Shown here in pieces: positions 46,228-54,408 of a stretch of 64,000 bases of DNA (position 1 is its first letter; every line of letters starts with the position of its first letter). Made by a program: the position numbers and the translations under genes. The stretch comes from Candidatus Kuenenia stuttgartensis. GTDB taxonomy: Bacteria; Planctomycetota; Planctomycetia; Pirellulales; UBA1268. A model generated the notes under the pieces. That model was not told the origin of the DNA. It searched no databases and worked only from the letters and a program-made list of their open reading frames with translations. The stretch is taken from positions 3,276-67,275 of the forward strand of contig CALQRA010000001.1 of NCBI GenBank assembly GCA_943332855.1, written 5' to 3'.

Positions 46228-47313
46228 ATGCCACGCTTCGCGGTCGTCCTTGAGGGAGAGATTGAGTCGATTCAGGCCGGAGTGTTCAACGGTCGGAATT
46301 GTGTGCTCCTCGCGATGCTGAATCAGGAAGTGATCATCTACGACACCGCCATCCTGAATGGGCGGATCGTAAAGCCCGAAACCTGGGCTGCCCTCTCCAT
46401 TTCCCAGATCACGTCGCCTGACCCGCTTCCCGGGAACGCCGCCGCGATCCGCGGGTTCGTCGGTTGCACCGCGATCGTGTCGGGCAATTACGACAGCGAC
46501 ACAAAGCGAATCGAAGTTGATCACTTCGTCAATCCCGTCGGCAGCGCAGGCGATGTCGGAGAGCCATTTCCCAAGGTGATCCTCGGTCCCCCGGAGACAG
46601 TGATCGGCGGGGCGATTACCCCCCCTCCGGCAACAGATCAACTGATCAATGTCAATGATCTCCCGGTCACGGTCATCCAGCAGACTGAGGATCTTCGGCT
46701 GCCGCAACTGCCGCCGCGGAACGAGTTTGGGTTTCTCGTCAAGCTTCCCGCCGTGGGCACGAGCGTCGGGCCACAGCGAAACGACCCATCGGGTCGACCT
46801 CTTCCCCCGCCCATCGCGGTCGTCAATGGCTACTTCGGGAAGGACGACTCCGGCAAGCCAACCGTCGCGTACGGGTATGACGTTGTCGTCGACAGTCCCG
46901 ACCGGAGCATCCTGGTCGATCCGGGACATCAGATTTCGGTGACGAAAGCCCAGGCCCGCGATCGGAAGAATATTTCTTACGATATCAATCTTCAGGGCGG
47001 AATCACCCTCGAGGTCGGTGACCCGGCAACTCCGAGAAGGGTGGGCGTGACGCAGCGTGTTGCCGTCTACCGCAACGACGGCAACGATGGCCAATTGCAT
47101 CGCATCGGTCCGATCATCGATGTTCCCGATGTCCGCGGGAAGCCGTTTGCCCGCTGGCGACTCGCGACAACGATTCCCTATGGTGCGACGCCGTTCAATC
47201 AGCCACCGCAGCAGATCATCGTCCGGAACGAGACGCCCGCGGTGAAACTCGAGGTTGGCGGGCCCGTTGAGGCTGCCATGGGTGAGCGATTGGTCGAGAT
47301 CATCAAAGGCTGA
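46228..47313 (+). CDS. hypothetical protein (361 aa), last gene of the oxidase cluster
   Basis: Protein-like, beta-rich composition, co-directional with the cluster and 96 nt after the peroxidase gene. No signal peptide, no Cys/His clusters, no family recognised. Confidence 0.5.
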   Translation: MPRFAVVLEGEIESIQAGVFNGRNCVLLAMLNQEVIIYDTAILNGRIVKPETWAALSISQITSPDPLPGNAAAIRGFVGCTAIVSGNYDSDTKRIEVDHFVNPVGSAGDVGEPFPKVILGPPETVIGGAITPPPATDQLINVNDLPVTVIQQTEDLRLPQLPPRNEFGFLVKLPAVGTSVGPQRNDPSGRPLPPPIAVVNGYFGKDDSGKPTVAYGYDVVVDSPDRSILVDPGHQISVTKAQARDRKNISYDINLQGGITLEVGDPATPRRVGVTQRVAVYRNDGNDGQLHRIGPIIDVPDVRGKPFARWRLATTIPYGATPFNQPPQQIIVRNETPAVKLEVGGPVEAAMGERLVEIIKG

Positions 47314-47534
47314 GGAAACTCGGCGTCGCGCTCGGTGGAGGAATGACTGGCTTGGAGTTTCTGCAAGAGGCGATAGCGGTCCGGGTTGGGTCTGACCGGG
47401 GCAGACAACCGCGTGTGCGATTGAGTCGAGGCCTTGGCCCAGACGGCATCCGCAGTCAACCGGCGACCTGCACGGAAACCTGACAGGTGATCGCCGACTT
47501 GAGTCTGCCGTCCCAGACGCTGATTGCGAAGGCC

Positions 47535-47634
47535 GACGCCGCCGCCGAGCGGATCATCGGTGACGACGAGGCCCAATCGCTCCTCACGCGCGCCTACCGG
47601 GCCGGGCACTGGGCCGTACCGCGGGGCGTGTGAC
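47535..47634 (+). pseudogene. 3'-terminal fragment of a Gfo/Idh/MocA oxidoreductase gene
   Basis: Encodes ...DAAAERIIGDDEAQSLLTRAYRAGHWAVPRGV*, matching the last ~33 codons of 37478..38824. No upstream gene body. Confidence 0.75.
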
Positions 47635-47693
47635 GATTTCGTCGCGGCTGGTATCGTGGGGGCCTTCCATTCCGCCCGCCCTCCGGTGCCACC

Positions 47694-48641
47694 ATGACGA
47701 AGATCGTTGTCCTCGACGGCCATACCGCCAACCCCGGCGACCTCTCCTGGGAGCCGCTTGAGCGCCTCGGGGAACTGACCGTCCACGATCGGACGAAGCC
47801 GGGCGAGATCGTCGCCCGCGCTGCCGATGCGGATGTCGTTCTCACGAACAAGACGGTGCTCACGGCCGAGGCGATCGCAACGCTGCCGCGGCTCAAGCTG
47901 ATCTGTGTCCTCGCCACCGGCTACAACGTCGTCGATGTTGCCGCCGCGAAGGCGCGCGGGATCCCGGTTTGCAACGTCCCCGAGTACAGCACGCCGAACG
48001 TCGCCCAGGCTGTCTTCGCGCTCCTTCTCGAGCTCACCAACCGCACCGGCCATCACGACCGATCCGTCCACGACGGGCGCTGGGCCGCTGGCCCCGACTT
48101 CTGCTACTGGGACGGCGACCTCGTCGAGCTATCCGGGCTGACGTTCGGGATCGTCGGGCATGGGCGGATCGGCCGGGCGGTGGGGCATGTCGCCCGTGCC
48201 TTCGAAATGAAGGTCCTCTACCACCGTCGCAACCCCGACGGCGACGCGTGCTGCGTCGATCTCGAAACGCTTTTTGCACAGAGCGACGTCGTCAGCCTCC
48301 ACTGCCCGCTCACTCCCGAGACCAACGCGTTTGTCAACGCCCGGCGGATCGAGCAGATGAAGCCGACGGCGTTTCTTCTCAACACCGCGCGGGGGGCGCT
48401 GGTCAACGAGGCCGATCTGGCGGCAGCGCTCCACGCCGGGCGGATCGCCGGGGCGGGCCTCGACGTCCTCTCGGTCGAGCCGCCGTCGCCGTTGAATCCC
48501 TTGCTCACGGCGCCGCGCTGCGTGATCACGCCCCACATCGCCTGGGCAACGCGCGACGCCCGCCGCCGGCTCCTCGAGACAACGGCCGGCAACGTCGCGG
48601 CGTTTCTGGCCAGCTCGCCCCGGCATGTCGTCAACGGCTGA
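47694..48641 (+). CDS. D-isomer-specific 2-hydroxyacid dehydrogenase (glycerate dehydrogenase/hydroxypyruvate reductase-like)
   Basis: 315 aa. GIVGHGRIGRAV (NAD-binding), LLNTARGALVNEADL, GAGLDVLSVEPP and ITPHIAWAT are typical family blocks. Confidence 0.85.
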   Translation: MTKIVVLDGHTANPGDLSWEPLERLGELTVHDRTKPGEIVARAADADVVLTNKTVLTAEAIATLPRLKLICVLATGYNVVDVAAAKARGIPVCNVPEYSTPNVAQAVFALLLELTNRTGHHDRSVHDGRWAAGPDFCYWDGDLVELSGLTFGIVGHGRIGRAVGHVARAFEMKVLYHRRNPDGDACCVDLETLFAQSDVVSLHCPLTPETNAFVNARRIEQMKPTAFLLNTARGALVNEADLAAALHAGRIAGAGLDVLSVEPPSPLNPLLTAPRCVITPHIAWATRDARRRLLETTAGNVAAFLASSPRHVVNG

Positions 48642-48790
48642 CTGGACGTTAAGGCCGGAGTGAATGTTTCTTTTGCCCTGTCCGATTGCCAATCCCCTTC
48701 AGTACGCCGTTGGTCGCGACTGGAAATTGAAGAGCCTATTTGTTTCGAAGCAGTCCCGAAGTCATTGGCCCGTTCCGGAGAACCTTTCCC

Positions 48791-50008
48791 ATGCCGATCA
48801 TCGCACGGATTCCCATTACGAATTTCTACGCCAACGGTGACTACACGGCCCAGATCGCCGTCGGGAGTGAACGGACGATCGTCAATGTGATTCTCGACAC
48901 CGGGAGCAGCACGCTCGCGGTCAAGTCGTCGAAGTACAACCCCTCGAAGGATCGTGCCCTTCGGTCCACGTCCTACGCTCAGGACGTAAGGTATGGAACA
49001 GGCGGTTGGGCCGGGCCTCTCGTAACGACACGGGTGTCGCTGGGCGTGGGCGACAAGGCTGTCTCGCTTGAAGAAGCCTATCTTGCGATCACGGATGCGT
49101 CGCTGCCGGATAACTTTGGGAACGCTGATGGCATCCTCGGGATCGCCTACAAAGGGCTCAATCAGGCGTACAACCTGGCTACGTATTTTCAGCAGCAGGA
49201 AGTGCAGCCGCCGGTGAGCTATCCATGGCCGTTTTCCGTGGCTAATTCCTCGACGGGGTTGAATCAGTTGATGTCGCTTTTTCAGACCCTTCAGTTCGAG
49301 GACATTCCCCCTTATATTGAACAGCTGAAGCAGCACGGTGGGATCGCAAACAAGTTTGCTTTTTATACCCTCCGTTCAACCCCGAGCGTCGCCTCCGAAA
49401 ACCCGGAGACGGCTCCGATCAACCAAGGCATCTTCGTGCTCGGTGGGGGGGAAGAGCAGGCCGATCTCTACACCGGTCCGTTTCTCAATGTCGCTGTGCT
49501 CGACGACTTGTACTACAATGTCAATCTGAAAGCCGTTCAAGTCGGTTCGTCGGCGATCAAGGCCGTCGCTCCGCTCCCGGTTCGGCTCAAGCAGACTGCG
49601 ATCACCAATGCGATCGTGGATAGCGGCACGAATTCGCTCGCCTTGGCTCCCGACGTGTGGAAATCGGTGCTTGCCGGCTTCGCAGCCATTGATCCTGGCT
49701 TTGTGACGTTGATTCAGCAGGCCGCAGCGACCGGCATTGGGAATGCCTCGATCGAGCTGGCGAAATGGCCCGACGTCGAGTTTCTTCTTGCTGGAGCGCA
49801 TGGCGAAGACGTGCGTCTTCGGGTTGCGCCCCAGACCTACTGGCAGTTGGATGCGATCGCTCCCGGCCAGGCCCTGTTCGCGATGGAGAACGGCAACATG
49901 CCGCAGTCGATCCTCGGCCTTCCGTTGATGAACAACTACTACACCGTCTTCGACCGCTCCCAAGACGCGTACGGGATCATTCGATTTGCGGCAATAAAAG
50001 CCCTTTGA
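48791..50008 (+). CDS. pepsin-like (MEROPS A1) aspartic peptidase homologue, no signal peptide or propeptide evident
   Basis: Both catalytic motifs are present, ILDTGSSTLAV (D at 48896) and IVDSGTNSLALAP, plus the flap-like YGTGGWAG. ORF trimmed to ATG 48791 (MPIIARIPITNFY...). GC is visibly lower. Confidence 0.75.
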   Translation: MPIIARIPITNFYANGDYTAQIAVGSERTIVNVILDTGSSTLAVKSSKYNPSKDRALRSTSYAQDVRYGTGGWAGPLVTTRVSLGVGDKAVSLEEAYLAITDASLPDNFGNADGILGIAYKGLNQAYNLATYFQQQEVQPPVSYPWPFSVANSSTGLNQLMSLFQTLQFEDIPPYIEQLKQHGGIANKFAFYTLRSTPSVASENPETAPINQGIFVLGGGEEQADLYTGPFLNVAVLDDLYYNVNLKAVQVGSSAIKAVAPLPVRLKQTAITNAIVDSGTNSLALAPDVWKSVLAGFAAIDPGFVTLIQQAAATGIGNASIELAKWPDVEFLLAGAHGEDVRLRVAPQTYWQLDAIAPGQALFAMENGNMPQSILGLPLMNNYYTVFDRSQDAYGIIRFAAIKAL

Positions 50009-50109
50009 TGCGTCGTCATCGTCGGGCGACGGAGGCCGGAAGGAGACCCCCGCCGTGATGGTTGAGGCGGGCGAGGGACGATGACCACGAGTGGACGGTC
50101 CGCGCGCGG

Positions 50110-53100
50110 CTACGGCGTCGCATCGTCGTCGGCGGCCACCTGGTCCGCGCGGCGGATCTGGATCGCGATCGATCCGGTGACCGGGATGACCTGCTGCCCG
50201 GTCGCGAGTTCGGCGGTGAGGTTGAGATTGCAGGCAACGTTCGGCAGGCCCCCTTCGTTCTGGGTCGTGGCGAGGTGATCGATGTACGGTTTGATGGCGC
50301 CGCGGAGCGTCTTGTCGGTGGCGGGGCGCGAGGTGTCGCCGATGAAGTTCCGCAAGTCGGCCCCTGTGAAGACGTAGTCGTGCGAGGCTGACTGGAAGGC
50401 AGGCGTCGGTACGGAGAAGGTTGCGATCGTGTTCCCTGTCTCCTCGTCACGGAGCGTGCAACGCAACTCCGCGCCTTGCGGCGCCGCGAACGACGTTGGG
50501 GCGTCAATCGCGATCCGGTCGCTGCTTCCCTGGTAATACTCGTTGATCTTCCAGGCCCCGGACTTCGTCTTCGTTGTCGTCATCGCGAGCGACGCCCCAG
50601 GGGCAAATGCCAGGTCGCAGGCAATCGGCTGTGCGGACGCTTGGCCCGGATCATAGATCGGGATGAAGAGATGATCGCTGACGCCGTAGGGAGTCGCCAT
50701 GTGGATGTCGACATACTGCTCGACATCGCAGCATTCGGCGCACGGGTCATCGTCGCTGCAGATCGCGGGGGCCGGTGCCGGTGCCGGCGCCGGGAGTGGG
50801 AATTGCAGGGACTTCCGCGGCAGCACCGAGCGGGGCTCGTTGTCATTGGCCGAAGGCGAGTTGTCGTCGCTGTCGGATGGCGTTGCGCTGTCGGAGCCGT
50901 CGCCCTTTTCGGAACGATCGCTGCTGCCCGAGGGGGCCTTGCCGCCGGAGGAAGACTTGCTGCCGGAAGAGCTGTCGCCGCCGGAGGGAGACTTGCTGCC
51001 GGAGGGATCACGGCCACCGGAGGGGCCGTTGCTGCCGGAAGGGGACTTGCTTCCGGAGGGATCACGGCCGCCGGAGGGGGACTTGCTGCCGGAGGGGCCG
51101 TTGCCGCCGGAAGGGGACTTGCTTCCGGAGGGATCACGGCCACCGGAGGGGCCTTCGCTCCCGGAGGGGGACTTGCCGCCGGAGGGGCCGTTGCCGCCGG
51201 AAGGATCTTCGTCCCGCAGTGGATTCTGCGGAGCGCCGGCCGGAGTGGGGATCCTCTCGGTGCCGCTGACGAGCATCACCCCCGTCGATGAGCGTTGGGC
51301 GACGAGCCGCTGCGTGTGCCTCGCGCGACGCGCCGTCGTGGCGGGGGCCGTCGGTCCCTTCGAGGGAACGCGGATCGTTTGGACGCCCGAAGGAATCTCG
51401 GCCCGGAGGACCTGACGGCTGATGATGGTGATCGGCACCGACTTCCCGCCGGCGATGACGCTCGTGTCGTGGAGGTTGAAGCCCTTCCCGACCAAGAACA
51501 CGACCGTCGTGCCGTTCGGATTGACCCCCTCGGCGCCGTAGTAGCCGACGAGCTCCGGGGCGAGGTCGGTGACGCCGGTGTTGAACAGCTCGAAGCCGCC
51601 GCTGGTGTTCTCGTAGGGGATCTGCGCGATCATCGTTTGCAGCGGCAGCTCGCGGTCGAGCTGATCGACGCGCCGCATCAGCCGGGCCACTTCGCCGTCG
51701 CGGTAGGCGCCGGCATTCTGCGCGCACATCGCGGCCGACTGCTGCATCGATTTGACGCTCCGGGAAAGCTTCACCGCCTGCCGCATGCTCTGGTCGGTCG
51801 ACTTCGGGTTGGTCAGGGAAAACCAGTTTGTGCGGATGTCGAACGTCACGTAGGGGACAAACGACGGCATCACGATCATCGCCGTGCACTCGCGCATCCC
51901 CGGCTCGAGGCAGCGCTGGGAGAGATCCTGCTTCCGCGAATTGGTGCCGATGAGCGTGTCGCGGAAGGCGGTGAGGTTGTTTTGCGTCGGGGGGGCCTGG
52001 ACGCGGGGGTAGAAGCGCCAGCCGAAGGTGTCGGCGCCGTGGGTGAAGCCGACGGCGGTCTGGTTCAGGCCGATCGTCGCCATGTTTGTCTGCAGGGCGC
52101 GGTCGTAGCGGGACATCGTCTGCCGGTTGGATTTGCCATGGGCCACCGACATCGCCAGGGCCAGCTGCATCTCGCGGCGCTGGGAAAACATCTCTTCCAC
52201 GTTCTGCTCGTCGGAGACCGGGTCGAGGGCGAAGATCCGGATCGGCCAGCGGCGGCGGACGTAGTCGTTGAAGCTGTCGCGGGCCTCCGGGGGGGGATTG
52301 GGGCCGTAGTACGGGCCGGCGAAGCCGCAGTTCCCGGCGAAGCCCTTGGAGGCAGAGATGTTTCGCATGTCCTCGATGAGCCGTTCGTTGAGGAGCGCCG
52401 ATTCGACGAGGATCGTCCACGCCAGGACTGCCGTCGTCGTCCGGCAGATCCGGCAGGGGCCGACGTCGTTCTCGCATGTTCCCCGGCAGACACAGCCCAG
52501 GCAGGGCTCGGTGGCCGCCTGGGTGAGCGGTGCCGCGTCGTCCAAGCCGAGCGATTCGAAGAACGCCCGGCGCCGCAGCTCGACCTCCCCCATCCGATGG
52601 CTGCGGATCAGCTCGGCGAGGTTCCAGCCCGGCATCTCCTCCCAAACCGCTGACTGGCGCGGCTGGGAGAGGAAGTCGTAGGCTGCCTGGAGCTCCTCCC
52701 CGAGGAAGCCGCGGACGTCGTTGTATTCGATGCAGGGGCGGTTGGCGGGATTGGCCCCGAGGGCCTCGAATGTCGCCCGCAGCATCATCGCCACCTGGAC
52801 CTCGCCGACGACGTCGACGAGCTCTTCGGGGGGGAGCGGCATCCGCGCCCGGCGCATCTTCGCAGTCGGCACCGACACCGAGATGGTGTGGGAGCGCATC
52901 GCTTTGCGCACCTTCGCCACGAGCTGCCGCCGTTGGTCGTCACGAACGGGATCGAGGGCTTCCCCTCCGGGAACCAGCCGGCCGTTGGGGAGGATCCGGG
53001 CCTCGAAGGCGTTGACATCCTGCGCCAGCGCCGTCATGCACAGCGCGGTGCGGACCTCGCCATTGTTGACGGCGAACGTCAGCCCCGGGGCGAGGAGATC

Positions 53101-53922
53101 GATTAAATCGTTGATCACCATGCTGCGGTACGTGGTGGGGAGGAGATCGTCCCCCAGCTGCGCCTCGCCGATCACGGTCACCTCCGCGCCGTGCCCTTGC
53201 TGCGTGCTCTTGCCGGGGAGGATCGAGATCGGGATGCGGACGAGGTTGAGCGCATAGCCGGGGGAATCGACGGTGTCGTCCCCCTCGTTGATCCGGCGCA
53301 GCTCATCCAGATGCCCGATGTACTGCGAGAGATGATCGAGGTGGATCGACGGCTCGAGACTGACGGCGTTGTTGTCCGACAAGCCGTAGCTCGCGAACGG
53401 CTGCTGCGTCCCCGTCGTGAACGGGGCAGTCCGGTCGATGACGCCGCTGGAGGGATTGGTGGGATCCGAGATCATGTTCTGGACGTTGGTGGTGCTCTGG
53501 GGGGTCGCCCCGCCACTTCCCTGGCTCATCGCCATCGCCATGCCGACGAACGACTGATCGCTGCGGCTGATGCTCGCGTTGTTGAGGTCCTGGAAGTTCC
53601 CCAGCTGCGCCTTCATCTGCGATTCGTATTCGTAGCGGTGGCGCGTCAGCCGGCTCTGGCCCCACACGTCGGGCTGCTTGGCGACGATCGAGCCGTAGGT
53701 GTCGATGTGGTGCTCCAGCCAGTCGATCTCGCTGGCGAGCTGCTCAACGGAGTCGTCCTTGCAGGTCTCCGGCTTCTCCCGGTGGAGGGTCTTCGCCGCG
53801 GCCTTCAGCCCGTGCCACAAGCGGGTGCCGGTTTGAGCCTCCGCCGTGGAAGTCGGCAGGGCGATGGCGATCGCTAGGAGGAAGCCCGACACGTGGAGTG
53901 CCCGTTTGTCGCCGTGGACCAT
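50110..53922 (-). CDS. large secreted protein of unknown family (1270 aa) with a Cys-rich segment, an Ig/IPT-like segment, a PSG hexapeptide array and a Cys-containing C-terminal domain
   Basis: ORF trimmed to ATG 53922, giving signal MVHGDKRALHVSGFLLAIAIALPTSTAEA/Q. Internal CLGCVCRGTCENDVGPCRICR. TTVVFLVGKGFNLHDTSVIAGGKSVPITIISRQVLRAEIP looks IPT-like. No catalytic motif recognised. Confidence 0.65.
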   Translation of the reverse strand: MVHGDKRALHVSGFLLAIAIALPTSTAEAQTGTRLWHGLKAAAKTLHREKPETCKDDSVEQLASEIDWLEHHIDTYGSIVAKQPDVWGQSRLTRHRYEYESQMKAQLGNFQDLNNASISRSDQSFVGMAMAMSQGSGGATPQSTTNVQNMISDPTNPSSGVIDRTAPFTTGTQQPFASYGLSDNNAVSLEPSIHLDHLSQYIGHLDELRRINEGDDTVDSPGYALNLVRIPISILPGKSTQQGHGAEVTVIGEAQLGDDLLPTTYRSMVINDLIDLLAPGLTFAVNNGEVRTALCMTALAQDVNAFEARILPNGRLVPGGEALDPVRDDQRRQLVAKVRKAMRSHTISVSVPTAKMRRARMPLPPEELVDVVGEVQVAMMLRATFEALGANPANRPCIEYNDVRGFLGEELQAAYDFLSQPRQSAVWEEMPGWNLAELIRSHRMGEVELRRRAFFESLGLDDAAPLTQAATEPCLGCVCRGTCENDVGPCRICRTTTAVLAWTILVESALLNERLIEDMRNISASKGFAGNCGFAGPYYGPNPPPEARDSFNDYVRRRWPIRIFALDPVSDEQNVEEMFSQRREMQLALAMSVAHGKSNRQTMSRYDRALQTNMATIGLNQTAVGFTHGADTFGWRFYPRVQAPPTQNNLTAFRDTLIGTNSRKQDLSQRCLEPGMRECTAMIVMPSFVPYVTFDIRTNWFSLTNPKSTDQSMRQAVKLSRSVKSMQQSAAMCAQNAGAYRDGEVARLMRRVDQLDRELPLQTMIAQIPYENTSGGFELFNTGVTDLAPELVGYYGAEGVNPNGTTVVFLVGKGFNLHDTSVIAGGKSVPITIISRQVLRAEIPSGVQTIRVPSKGPTAPATTARRARHTQRLVAQRSSTGVMLVSGTERIPTPAGAPQNPLRDEDPSGGNGPSGGKSPSGSEGPSGGRDPSGSKSPSGGNGPSGSKSPSGGRDPSGSKSPSGSNGPSGGRDPSGSKSPSGGDSSSGSKSSSGGKAPSGSSDRSEKGDGSDSATPSDSDDNSPSANDNEPRSVLPRKSLQFPLPAPAPAPAPAICSDDDPCAECCDVEQYVDIHMATPYGVSDHLFIPIYDPGQASAQPIACDLAFAPGASLAMTTTKTKSGAWKINEYYQGSSDRIAIDAPTSFAAPQGAELRCTLRDEETGNTIATFSVPTPAFQSASHDYVFTGADLRNFIGDTSRPATDKTLRGAIKPYIDHLATTQNEGGLPNVACNLNLTAELATGQQVIPVTGSIAIQIRRADQVAADDDATP
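50920..51207. repeat. in-frame tandem repeat, 16 x 18 nt (hexapeptide [DGSA]-[PS]-S-G-[GS]-x) inside the large secreted protein gene
   Basis: Translation reads DPSGGN GPSGGK SPSGSE GPSGGR DPSGSK SPSGGN GPSGSK SPSGGR DPSGSK SPSGSN GPSGGR DPSGSK SPSGGD SSSGSK SSSGGK APSGSS. A higher-order unit GGRDPSGSKSPSG recurs 3 times. Confidence 0.85.
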
Positions 53923-54234
53923 GCGTCGTCCCCTCGTTGCTTGTCGATGACCGTCGCCGGGCGGATAATCCGCACGATCGACAGACTCTTCTTCGATCGA
54001 CACGCTCCGGAGCCCGCCCGCAGAACAACCCGTGCCATCGGGATGCCTCCCGTAGCCTCTCCATGTACCCTCGTCTTCGGGGCTTCCTAAATGCCCCAGC
54101 CCTCCACGCCCGGTCGGCGGCGGGCGGTGGGTTGTTTGCGGGATTTCCACGGCTGGCTCTGGGGACCTATGCTTGAAGGGCAACGCGGTGCTTCCCCCAT
54201 CGTTTTGCCTCGCTTTCTCCGAAGGGCTGGCGGC

Positions 54235-54405
54235 ATGGAACCTGAAGCGTCATTTCCGCGCCGGCGGCCGAGTGCCAGCCATGCGGCTTCGCTGAGGGCG
54301 GAGATCGAGCGGATGCGGCGGATGACGATCGAGGAGCGGATCAAGGCAGCCCTGGGAATGTCCGCGCGATTCGCGGAGCTTCGCCCAGCGCCCCGCAAGG
54401 CCTAA
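54235..54405 (+). CDS. small protein (56 aa), paralogue-like of 33604..33878
   Basis: MEPEASFPRRRPSASHAASLRAEIERMRRMTIEERIKAALGMSARFAELRPAPRKA. It ends 3 nt before the NTase ATG and shares the ...RRM(T/S)..ER(I/L)... core with the first module. Confidence 0.4.
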   Translation: MEPEASFPRRRPSASHAASLRAEIERMRRMTIEERIKAALGMSARFAELRPAPRKA

Positions 54406-54408
54406 CCC

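Larger units (their letters stand above)
47535..48641. repeat. segmental duplication, copy B (oxidoreductase 3' fragment + intergenic + intact dehydrogenase gene)
   Basis: Collinear with 38726..39480. Homology starts at GACGCCGCCGCCGAGCGG in both copies, and both are 159 nt from that point to the dehydrogenase ATG. Confidence 0.9.

Noticed and set aside
39481-47534. Search for an integrase, transposase, tRNA or terminal inverted repeats that would define the 8-kb block (and the 59.9-62.2 kb block) as a classical mobile element
   Set aside because: None was recognised in any frame. The blocks are therefore reported as compositional or duplication-bounded insertions, not annotated as mobile elements.
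50920-51207. Possible CRISPR array or other non-coding repeat
   Set aside because: The period is 18 nt with no unique spacers, and the array is in frame within a long ORF encoding PSG hexapeptides. It is a coding tandem repeat.
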